Shown one piece after another: positions 17,085 to 25,584 of a stretch of 64,000 bases of DNA; within the stretch, counting starts at the first letter, position 1, and each line of letters starts with the position of its first letter. The DNA is from Nitrospinales bacterium (GTDB taxonomy: Bacteria > Nitrospinota > Nitrospinia > Nitrospinales > VA-1): the NCBI GenBank assembly GCA_965223345.1, contig CBDCWG010000012.1:1120001-1184000 (forward strand), in the 5' to 3' direction. A program made the position numbers and the translations under genes. The notes beneath the pieces are model-generated. The model was not told the origin of the DNA. It did not search any database and saw nothing but the letters and a program-made list of their open reading frames with translations.

Positions 17085-19358
17085 ATGTCTTCGCAATCCA
17101 CCAGCCAAAACCCCGATCTTCCGTCTCCACAGGCGGAGGATCGGGGGTTGTTCACCGCCGCCAATCTGAAGCGCCGTCTTTTCCTGGATCGTCTGGCGAC
17201 CAAGGGCGTGACGCTGGGCGGGTGGATCATCATCGCGTGCATCCTCGCCATTCTGTTCGTCATCGTCTTCGAGTTTTTCCCCCTTTTCAAAAATCCCACC
17301 TCTTCGCTGGATAAAACCGTTGCCACCGGAAAAGACACCCCGGCGCTGGCTGTGGGCATGGACGAGTACCGGGAAGTGGCTTACCGGGTGGATGTGTCGG
17401 GCATCGGGTTTCATTCCCTGGTGTCCGAGAAAATGTTTGCGGATTTTCCCCTAGAGGGGTTGGGCAACGCGCAGGTGACGGCGGTGTCCACGGATGCGGA
17501 GGGCCGCATCGTGCTCGGGCTTTCGGACGGGCGGGTGTTGCCGGTCGCGGTCCACTTTGAAAGCCGGTTCGAAGGGGACGTGCGAACCATCGTGCCATCC
17601 CTCAAGGCCGAGCAGGCCGTGCTGGTGCGGGAAGATGCGGAACCGGTCACCCTGCTGACGCATGTCGAGGGGGAGGAGGGTTCTTACATCGCCGCGGCGA
17701 CGGGGCCCGCGAACGTCACCCTCGTGGAAAAAATCGAAAAGACGAATCTGATGGGGGTGACAAAAAGAAAAACCGTCACGCACCACCTGGCTTTTCCCGT
17801 GGTGAAGGGGGCGATCTCGGCGATGATCCTCGATCCCGTCGAGAGCGCGCTCATCGTCGGCACCACGTCCGGGCAGATCCTTCGAGCGTCGCTCGCGGAT
17901 CTGGATTCAGAACTGAAAGTCGAGGTGGTGGGCGCCACTCAGGACCCCGGTGTGGGGGTGTCGCTGTTCGGCTATCTGCTGGGCGGCTACACGCTGGTGA
18001 TCGGTGACTCTACGGGAGGGGTCGCTTCGTATCAATGGTACCGGCGCGATGACGGCAACAAGGGATTGCGGAAAATTTACGACTTCACGCCGCACGCCGA
18101 AAACGCGGCGTATTTTGAAAAATCGCTGCGCACCAAGGGATTCATCTCCGGCTCGCAAAAAGAGATCAACGTGCACTACGGGTCCACCGGAGAGACCCAG
18201 CTCAACCTGACTCATCCGGACAACATTCCGTTTCAGGCTTTCTCCATGTCGCGCAAGGCCAACGGCGTGATCGCGGCGGACGCGCAGGGCGACCTGCTGC
18301 TCTGGACCCTGAACAATCCGTACCCGCAGATCACGCTCAAGTCGGTGTTCGGCAAGATCCAGTACGAAGGGTACGACGAACCCGCCTATGTCTGGCAGTC
18401 CACCGGCGGCACCGACGCGTTCGAATCCAAATTCAGCCTGGTGCCCCTGATCTTCGGCACCCTCAAGGGAACGTTCTACGCCTTGCTGTTCGCGGTTCCG
18501 CTGGCGCTTCTGGGAGCGTTTTACACCTCGCAGTTCATGCATCCCCGGCTCAAGGGGATCGTCAAGCCCACGATCGAGCTCATGGCGGCGCTGCCCAGCG
18601 TGGTGCTGGGATTTTTCGCGGCGCTGCTCATCGCACCCGAGGTCGAACGCTGGCTTCCGGGGATCATCCTCATGCCTTTCGTGATCGTGTTTCTGGTTCT
18701 GGTGACGCTGTTGATCTACGAAGGCTGGGATAAATTGTACGGCAAGGTTCCCACAGGCATGGAGATCTCCTTTCTCATTCCGCTCACGCTCTTTGCCGGC
18801 CTGCTTTCGTTTTATCTCGGGCATGTGGTTGAAGTTCAGTTCCTGTTCGGGGATCACCGGTCCTTCTGGCACGAGGTGTTCGGCATCACCTACGATCAGC
18901 GCAACGCGCTGGTGGTTGGCCTGGCGATGGGCTTTGCGGTCATCCCGATGATTTTCACGATCACCGAGGATTCGCTGTCCAACGTGCCGGAGCACCTCCG
19001 GGCTTCGTCTCTGGCGTTGGGGGCCACACCGTGGCAGACGGCGATCCAGGTCATCCTGCCGACGGCGAGTCCGGGCATCTTCTCGGCGATCATGATCGGT
19101 TTCGGCCGCGCGGTCGGTGAGACCATGATCGTGCTCATGGCCACCGGCAACACGCCGGTGATGGAGTGGAGCGTGTTCAACGGGTTCCGTGCGTTGTCGG
19201 CCAACATCGCGGTCGAGCTGCCCGAAGCGCCGGAAGGCGGAACGCTGTTCCGGCTGCTCTTTCTCGCGGCGTTTTTGCTGTTCGTCATGACGTTTTTCAT
19301 CAACACGGTGGCGGAGGTCGTGCGCCTGCGTCTCAGAAAGAGGTACCGGGTGTTATGA
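17085..19358 (+). CDS. pstC: Phosphate ABC permease PstC (long form with large soluble domain)
   Basis: WQSTGG, PLIFGTLKG, ELMAALPSVVLGF and GRAVGETMIVLMATGN motifs. Confidence 0.93.
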   Translation: MSSQSTSQNPDLPSPQAEDRGLFTAANLKRRLFLDRLATKGVTLGGWIIIACILAILFVIVFEFFPLFKNPTSSLDKTVATGKDTPALAVGMDEYREVAYRVDVSGIGFHSLVSEKMFADFPLEGLGNAQVTAVSTDAEGRIVLGLSDGRVLPVAVHFESRFEGDVRTIVPSLKAEQAVLVREDAEPVTLLTHVEGEEGSYIAAATGPANVTLVEKIEKTNLMGVTKRKTVTHHLAFPVVKGAISAMILDPVESALIVGTTSGQILRASLADLDSELKVEVVGATQDPGVGVSLFGYLLGGYTLVIGDSTGGVASYQWYRRDDGNKGLRKIYDFTPHAENAAYFEKSLRTKGFISGSQKEINVHYGSTGETQLNLTHPDNIPFQAFSMSRKANGVIAADAQGDLLLWTLNNPYPQITLKSVFGKIQYEGYDEPAYVWQSTGGTDAFESKFSLVPLIFGTLKGTFYALLFAVPLALLGAFYTSQFMHPRLKGIVKPTIELMAALPSVVLGFFAALLIAPEVERWLPGIILMPFVIVFLVLVTLLIYEGWDKLYGKVPTGMEISFLIPLTLFAGLLSFYLGHVVEVQFLFGDHRSFWHEVFGITYDQRNALVVGLAMGFAVIPMIFTITEDSLSNVPEHLRASSLALGATPWQTAIQVILPTASPGIFSAIMIGFGRAVGETMIVLMATGNTPVMEWSVFNGFRALSANIAVELPEAPEGGTLFRLLFLAAFLLFVMTFFINTVAEVVRLRLRKRYRVL

Positions 19359-20983
19359 AGGGTCATCTGCAGGGAGTCTGGAGAAGGGGGGATTTTTTCA
19401 TCTGGCTTTCCGGGGCCGGGCTCGCCCTTTCCCTCATCATGGTCGCCGCTCTGCTGCTCGCCATTTTTGTCAATGCGACGCAGTTTTTCTGGCCCGGTGA
19501 AACCGTCAGCATTTTTATGAACGACGGGACCAAGGTGCTGGGGCAGGTGACGGCGCGGGAATCGATCCCCAATCCCGAAGATCCGGAAGCGCCGCTCAAG
19601 TACCGCATTCAGGTGAAAAAGGGCAACCGGGATGTGTACGGATTCGACTTTGCCTGGTTGGATGAGGACAACATCAAATCGATGGTGCGCTCCAAAAACG
19701 CCGTGATCGTGGAGCGGCGGGAATGGGGCGAGTTCTACGGCACGATCCAGGAAGTGAAGGACGAGGGCCGTGCCATCGCCGCAGGCCACGAAGCGGGTTT
19801 GCGGGCGGTGCAGGAACTCCTGCCTGAAGCGAGAGCGACGTACAGGAAAATCAAAAAGATCGAACGCAAGGACATCGGTAAGGTCAACCATTACCTGGAA
19901 CAAAACCGGCTGGAACTGAAGGCGCTGGATCTGCAAGGGGTGACCGGCGGGAAACAAATTGCGAAGCTCAAAGAGCAAGAGCAGAAGCTCAAAGACGAAT
20001 ACAAGGTGCTGGAAAAGGACCTGACCCGGTTGCGGCAGGACCAGACCGTCGAGGTGCGGATGACCACCGAGGAGGGTCGGGAGAAAGTCATCCCGCTGGC
20101 CAAAATCATCCGGGTGTATTCGCCCAACGATTTCGGCCTGTTCGACAAAATCGGTTTTTTCCTCGCCAAGATCTGGGAGTTTGTGGTCGAGGAACCGCGG
20201 GAAGCCAACACCGAAGGCGGAGTGTTTCCGGCGATCTACGGCACCGTCATGATGGTCCTGATCATGAGCATGATGGCCACGCCCCTGGGCGTGATCGCGG
20301 CGTTTTACCTGCGCGAATACGCCCGCCAGGGGCCGATGGTCAGTGCGGTGCGGATTGCGGTGAACAATCTGGCGGGCGTTCCCTCGATCGTGTTCGGTGT
20401 GTTCGGCGTCGGGTTCTTCATTTATTTTATCGGCGGCTCGATCGACAACTTCTTTTTCTCCGAATCGCTGCCGACGCCCACCTTCGGGACCGGGGGCATC
20501 CTCTGGGCCTCGCTGACCATGGCGCTTCTGACGGTTCCCGTCGTCATCGTGTCCACCGAAGAGGGGCTGGCTTCGGTTCCGCCGGGTATCCGGGAAGCTT
20601 CTTTAGCGGTCGGCGCCACGAAATTCGAGACCACCTGGCGGGTCGTGCTGCCTGCGGTGATGCCTTCCATCCTGACGGGCCTGATCCTGGCCATGGCACG
20701 GGCGGCGGGGGAGGTGGCGCCTCTGATGATCACGGGGGTGGTGAAGCTCGCTCCCTCCCTGCCTGTGGACGGGATTTTCCCGTTCATCCACCTGGAGCGC
20801 AAATTCATGCATCTGGGGTTTCACATCTATGATGTGGGCTTCCAGTCGCCCAATGTGGACGCGGCGCGGCCCATGGTGTTCACCACCACCTTGTTGTTGA
20901 TCGTGATCGTTCTGCTGCTGAATTTTTCCGCTATTCTGCTGCGGAATCGTTTGAGAAGAAAATTGTCCGTTTCAGGGGTATAA
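19355..20983 (+). CDS. pstA: Phosphate ABC permease PstA (long form)
   Basis: ATGA overlap with pst[26 protein letters not shown] and [10 protein letters not shown] motifs. Confidence 0.93.
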   Translation: MKGHLQGVWRRGDFFIWLSGAGLALSLIMVAALLLAIFVNATQFFWPGETVSIFMNDGTKVLGQVTARESIPNPEDPEAPLKYRIQVKKGNRDVYGFDFAWLDEDNIKSMVRSKNAVIVERREWGEFYGTIQEVKDEGRAIAAGHEAGLRAVQELLPEARATYRKIKKIERKDIGKVNHYLEQNRLELKALDLQGVTGGKQIAKLKEQEQKLKDEYKVLEKDLTRLRQDQTVEVRMTTEEGREKVIPLAKIIRVYSPNDFGLFDKIGFFLAKIWEFVVEEPREANTEGGVFPAIYGTVMMVLIMSMMATPLGVIAAFYLREYARQGPMVSAVRIAVNNLAGVPSIVFGVFGVGFFIYFIGGSIDNFFFSESLPTPTFGTGGILWASLTMALLTVPVVIVSTEEGLASVPPGIREASLAVGATKFETTWRVVLPAVMPSILTGLILAMARAAGEVAPLMITGVVKLAPSLPVDGIFPFIHLERKFMHLGFHIYDVGFQSPNVDAARPMVFTTTLLLIVIVLLLNFSAILLRNRLRRKLSVSGV

Positions 20984-20999
20984 TAGGGGGACGCTTTTA

Positions 21000-21872
21000 A
21001 TGGCGGAAATCAAACTGAAAACCCAGATGACCGATACCAAGAGAAATCCAGCTGAAATCGTTTCTCCGCCGCAAATGGAAGAAACCGCGAAAACTTCGAA
21101 AACGTCTTCGGATCTGGCGAACCCGATGGTGGAAATCGACAATGTCAATTTCTTCTATGGGGACAAGCAGGCTCTAAAGGACATTTCCATGGTGATCCCG
21201 AAAAACCGGGTCACCGCCTACATCGGTCCCTCGGGCTGCGGCAAATCGACGCTGCTGCGCTGCATCAACCGCATGAACGACCTGGTGGAAGGGGCCCGCA
21301 TGGAGGGCGTCATCCGCATCGGCGGTGTGGATCTCAGCACGATGGGCCAGGATGTCAGCGTGCTGCGGAAACGGGTGGGCATGGTGTTCCAGAAATTCAA
21401 CCCGTTTCCCAAGACCATCTTTGAAAACGTGGCCTACGGACCCAAAGTGCACGGGCTGAAAGACAAAGGCAAACTGGATGACATCGTCGAGCGGAGCCTG
21501 AAATCCACGGCCCTGTGGGATGAGGTCAAGGACCGCCTGCACGAAAGCGCGCTCGCCCTGTCCGGCGGGCAGCAGCAGCGCCTCTGTATCGCGCGCGCGA
21601 TCGCGGTGGAACCGGAAGTGCTGTTGATGGACGAACCCTGTTCGGCGCTCGATCCGCTGGCGACAGGCAGGATCGAGGAGTTGATGGTGGGTCTCAAGGA
21701 AAAATACACGATCGTCATCGTCACCCACAACATGCAGCAGGCGGCGCGCATCGCCGACTACACCGGGTTTCTGCTGCTTGGCGAGTTGATGGAATTCGGT
21801 CCCACGGACCGGTTGTTCACCAAACCCGACAAAAAAGAGACCGAGGATTACATCACCGGACGTTTCGGTTGA
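21000..21872 (+). CDS. pstB: Phosphate ABC ATP-binding protein
   Basis: [31 protein letters not shown] and [10 protein letters not shown] motifs. Confidence 0.97.
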   Translation: MAEIKLKTQMTDTKRNPAEIVSPPQMEETAKTSKTSSDLANPMVEIDNVNFFYGDKQALKDISMVIPKNRVTAYIGPSGCGKSTLLRCINRMNDLVEGARMEGVIRIGGVDLSTMGQDVSVLRKRVGMVFQKFNPFPKTIFENVAYGPKVHGLKDKGKLDDIVERSLKSTALWDEVKDRLHESALALSGGQQQRLCIARAIAVEPEVLLMDEPCSALDPLATGRIEELMVGLKEKYTIVIVTHNMQQAARIADYTGFLLLGELMEFGPTDRLFTKPDKKETEDYITGRFG

Positions 21873-21887
21873 TCAGGAGAGATCAGG

Positions 21888-22589
21888 ATGGCACGGCACC
21901 CCAGGCATCTGGAACGAGAGATCGAAAAACTGAAAAACATGATCCTTTCATTGGGAACGCTGGTGGAAGAGAGCGTGAAAAAGGCCGTCATGTCTCTGAC
22001 CATGCGAAACTCGTCGGTGGCGCTCAAGGTGATCGACGGGGACACCGACATCGACCAGATCGAAGTGGACGTCGAAGAAGAATGCCTGAAAATTCTGGCC
22101 CTGCACCAGCCGGTGGCCAACGATCTGCGCCTGATCATCGCCATCCTCAAGATCAACAACGATCTGGAGCGGATCGGCGATCTCGCCGTGAACATCGCCG
22201 AGCGGGCGGTGTATCTTGCGACCCAGGAATCGGTGGAGCTTCCTTTCGACTTCAACAACATGGCGCAGAAAGCCCAGGCCATGCTCAAAGGCAGTCTGGA
22301 CGCGCTCGTGGAGGGCGACACGCTGCTCGCGCGCAAAGTCTGCTCTTCCGACGACGCCGTGGATGCGATGAACCGGGAAATGTATCAACTGGTGGAAAAA
22401 GCCATTTCCAACGATCCCAAGAACATCAACAGCCTGATCCACCTTCTCTCCGCTTCCCGCTACCTGGAGCGCGTTGCCGACCACGCGACGAACATCGCCG
22501 AAGACGTGATCTACATGGTGGAAGGGGAAATTGTGCGGCACATCGCGAGCCTGCCCGATAACTCGAGTTCCTCCTCCGACACGGAATAG
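21888..22589 (+). CDS. phoU: Phosphate signalling protein PhoU
   Basis: QPVANDLR, DLERIGDLAVNIA and LERVADHATNIAE motifs. Confidence 0.96.
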   Translation: MARHPRHLEREIEKLKNMILSLGTLVEESVKKAVMSLTMRNSSVALKVIDGDTDIDQIEVDVEEECLKILALHQPVANDLRLIIAILKINNDLERIGDLAVNIAERAVYLATQESVELPFDFNNMAQKAQAMLKGSLDALVEGDTLLARKVCSSDDAVDAMNREMYQLVEKAISNDPKNINSLIHLLSASRYLERVADHATNIAEDVIYMVEGEIVRHIASLPDNSSSSSDTE

Positions 22590-22726
22590 CATTCCCGCAG
22601 CGCTTTCCCGTTTTTTCGGCCCGCCGTATTTTGATAGAATGATCCCGCAAGAGCGTGCCGCTCGCCATCCATCCACGATCCATTTTATTCATCCCATCAC
22701 ATGACATTCAAAGGAGGGGAAGGCTT

Positions 22727-23104
22727 ATGAGAAAGACGGGGATTTGGGCCGCAACATCGATGTTCACCCTTTGCAGCCTGCTTTTGTTTCTGGGAGGCAC
22801 CGCGAACGCCCTGGACGGGCTCGAGGACCTGGATTCCGCCCCTCTCCAGTCACGGATTTCCAACCCGCTGTTCGATCTGGCGCAAAACGGCGGGGACCGC
22901 AAGGCCTGTCATCAGGAAGGCTCGCTCGAGCAATGCGCCGGCTGCTGCCGCGCCGCCAGAGACACGTGCGTCTCCCTGGTGATTCCCATGTGCCATCAGG
23001 ACGACCCCAATCGCTCCGAGTTCAGGCACTGCACCAAGGATCGGGAGCGGCGCTGCCAGACCGATTTCGACAACTGCGCCTGGTTGTGCCGCAAGACGAA
23101 GTGA
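22727..23104 (+). CDS. Small secreted Cys-rich hypothetical protein
   Basis: AGGAGG RBS, signal peptide ending ANA, and 10 Cys in the last ~63 aa. Confidence 0.7.
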   Translation: MRKTGIWAATSMFTLCSLLLFLGGTANALDGLEDLDSAPLQSRISNPLFDLAQNGGDRKACHQEGSLEQCAGCCRAARDTCVSLVIPMCHQDDPNRSEFRHCTKDRERRCQTDFDNCAWLCRKTK

Positions 23105-23119
23105 CGGGTTGTCCGGCCT

Positions 23120-23740
23120 TCACTTCTCGTCGCGGACGGGCCGCACGCCTCCGTTGGCGCACATGCTGAACCGGCGTGCGTGCACCATCCCTTTGACGAA
23201 ATAAAACGACCGGGCACAGCAATCGGTCAGATCCGTTTCCTCGAAATCCGCAGACCAGGACCAGTAGGCGGCGCCGTCGGCGAATTTTTCATCGAGTCCC
23301 AGCGGTTGATCGGGATCGTGATCCAGGGAGATGACACTCTCCTTCGTGTCGTCGTAGATGCCGGCGAGTTCCTTCAACGTCGGCAATCTCCAGTCGGTGT
23401 GCCCGCCCACCTTGAGTTCCCGGACATAGTCATTGGATTCATGCCAGTTGAGGCAGCGGTTCAGATCCGCATAACTGTCCTTTTGCGCCCACATCAGGCC
23501 GGAATCGGGATCGCTGATGGTGCCGTCGCCGTTGTCGATGAGGTGCAGCCGGGACTCGGGCGGCGGCGGGGCAACGTAGGGAGGCGCTTCGTAGCCGTCT
23601 TTCGGCCCGATGTCCTGCCATTGTGCGTGCGCTATGGGCGCTGTGAACAGGCCGAGCAGGATGAAGAGGACGGGCAGGCCGGTCCGCGCGCAGCGGAATG
23701 CGATCTTTTGCGATACGGGTATTTTGTGTTTGCAGCTCAT
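23120..23740 (-). CDS. Secreted DUF1566 (Lcl C-terminal-like) domain protein
   Basis: DNGDGTISDPDSGLMW, GGHTDWRLPTLKEL and VRPVR motifs. The start overlaps the msrP stop (ATGA). Confidence 0.85.
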   Translation of the reverse strand: MSCKHKIPVSQKIAFRCARTGLPVLFILLGLFTAPIAHAQWQDIGPKDGYEAPPYVAPPPPESRLHLIDNGDGTISDPDSGLMWAQKDSYADLNRCLNWHESNDYVRELKVGGHTDWRLPTLKELAGIYDDTKESVISLDHDPDQPLGLDEKFADGAAYWSWSADFEETDLTDCCARSFYFVKGMVHARRFSMCANGGVRPVRDEK

Positions 23741-24663
23741 GGGTACAGGTGCGCGACTTCGGCCGCGTAGCCGTTGAAGGGTTGGGTCGGGATCAGTTCT
23801 TCGCCGCGGCCGGGCATCCGTTCGTACGCCTGCTCCCAGCGGGCGTAAGGCACTTCCGGCCGCACGTTGGCGAGAAAATCGTATTCCAGGGGCGAAACGC
23901 TCTGCCAAAACGTGTCGGGTTCCTCGCGCGTGAATTCGATGCGGGCGATGGACTTGATGCTCTTGAAACCGTGCTTCCAGGGCACCACCAGCCGCAGCGG
24001 CGCGCCGTTCTGCGGCGGCAGCGCGTGCCCGTAGATCCCGGTGGCGATGAAGCTCAACGGGTGCATCGCCTCATCGAGCCGCAGCCCTTCGGTGTACGGC
24101 CAGGGTTCCCAGAACCGCCGTTTCTGTCCCGCCGCAATGTTGGGATTCAAAAACGTGGTGAACTTGACGTAGCGCGCCGACGACAACGGTTGCAGTTTCT
24201 CGATCCAGCGGCGCAGAGGAAACCCGGTCCAGGGGATCACCAGCGCCCAGGCCTCAACGCAGCGCAGCCGGTAGATCCGCTCCTCAAGCTCCATGCTGCG
24301 GATCAGCGACTGAGCGTCGATGACGCGCGGTTTTTTCACGAGTCCCGCGATCTCGATTTTCCACTCGCCGGTTTGCAGCGCCTGAGCCTGTTTCCAGATT
24401 GCGTCCTTGACGGTGCCGAACTCGTAAAAATTGTTGTAGCGGGTGACGATGGATTCGGGGGACAGGTATTGGGAATCGCCGGTGCTCTCCTGCCCCCACA
24501 GACGGCCGATTCCCGGAACCGACGGCGCGAGCAGAAACAGCGCTGCGCCCATGCTCACGGTCGAGATCTGGCGCAGGAATTTGCGGCGTTCCCGGTGCAG
24601 CGCTTCCGGTGTGACGTCGCGCTCCGGAAGTTCCCAGGATTTTCGAATGCGAATCCGATGCAT
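23737..24663 (-). CDS. msrP: Protein-methionine-sulfoxide reductase catalytic subunit MsrP (YedY)
   Basis: VTPE..RRKFL Tat signal, YNNFYEFG, RLRCVEAW (Mo-ligand Cys), QNGAPLRLVVPWK and FNGY motifs. Confidence 0.93.
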   Translation of the reverse strand: MHRIRIRKSWELPERDVTPEALHRERRKFLRQISTVSMGAALFLLAPSVPGIGRLWGQESTGDSQYLSPESIVTRYNNFYEFGTVKDAIWKQAQALQTGEWKIEIAGLVKKPRVIDAQSLIRSMELEERIYRLRCVEAWALVIPWTGFPLRRWIEKLQPLSSARYVKFTTFLNPNIAAGQKRRFWEPWPYTEGLRLDEAMHPLSFIATGIYGHALPPQNGAPLRLVVPWKHGFKSIKSIARIEFTREEPDTFWQSVSPLEYDFLANVRPEVPYARWEQAYERMPGRGEELIPTQPFNGYAAEVAHLYP

Positions 24664-24748
24664 GCCGTCCTCTCACCATTCAACGCGATCCGGCGCGTTG
24701 CCGCCGAATCGCCGAAACGATTTTCAATTTACGCGCGGGCCGCAGCGC

Positions 24749-25504
24749 TCATCGAGCGTCGCGCACGCAGCGAAACCCGACTGAATCGAGTTTCATGCCG
24801 GGTTTCAGTGCGAAGCGCATGCCCGCATGGACGTAGTAGGCCGCATTGTACCAGCTGCCGCCGCGCACGCTTTTGCGAAACCCGGATGGCGGGCCCTTCG
24901 GGTTTCGTTTGGGGCTCGCCGCGTAGTAGGTGTCGTCGAACCAATCGTTCACCCACTCCCACACATTGCCGCTCAAATGGCCAGTTCCGTAACCGTACAG
25001 ACCGAGCGCTTCGACGGGCAGCGCTCCGGCCCGCATCGTTTTTGCGAAATGTCCTTTTTCAGGATCGGCCCGGTTCCCGAAACCGTAGTTCCAACCCTGC
25101 GGTCCGCGCGCGGCCTTTTCCCATTCCGCTTCCGTCGGCAGTCGCTTCCCGACCGCGTTGCAATGCGCTTTTGCTTCGAACCAGCTCACGCGCGTCACCG
25201 GGCAGCGGTCGCAGGCGGACTGCGGACTGGGAACGTGATTGGCCATACGGGCGCGGTAGGCTTCGTTGGTGACCTCGTAGCGGTCGATGAAGAACGCATC
25301 CAGAAAAACCGTGTGAACGGGGGCTTCGCTCTGCGTTGCTTCCTGCGTGCCCATCCGGAATTCCCCGGCGGCGATCCGCACTTCATCCGGTTCGTCGGCG
25401 GACACCGCGGGAACGAGCCAGAGGGTCAACGCGAGCAGAATCCCGATCCCCGTGTGAGACCGTCCGTCTCGAATGTGTGGGATAAAACGCATCGTGCGCC
25501 TCAA
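24749..25504 (-). CDS. Secreted FGE-sulfatase domain protein (probably non-catalytic)
   Basis: F.MG, YEVTN, RLPTEAEWEKAARG, GNVWEW, RGGSW and GFRC motifs; lacks the FGE core Cys pair after RGGSW. Confidence 0.88.
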   Translation of the reverse strand: MRRTMRFIPHIRDGRSHTGIGILLALTLWLVPAVSADEPDEVRIAAGEFRMGTQEATQSEAPVHTVFLDAFFIDRYEVTNEAYRARMANHVPSPQSACDRCPVTRVSWFEAKAHCNAVGKRLPTEAEWEKAARGPQGWNYGFGNRADPEKGHFAKTMRAGALPVEALGLYGYGTGHLSGNVWEWVNDWFDDTYYAASPKRNPKGPPSGFRKSVRGGSWYNAAYYVHAGMRFALKPGMKLDSVGFRCVRDAR

Positions 25505-25584
25505 ACCGACTTGTGTGATGAGCCTCGATTATAGAAGGCGGCGGCCCGTTTTTGAAGATGAAATGTTTTCCGCATATCCGCGGT

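Noticed and set aside
17085..20983. Unusually long PstC/PstA
   Set aside because: Long forms with large soluble domains are known (Pseudomonas-type Pst).
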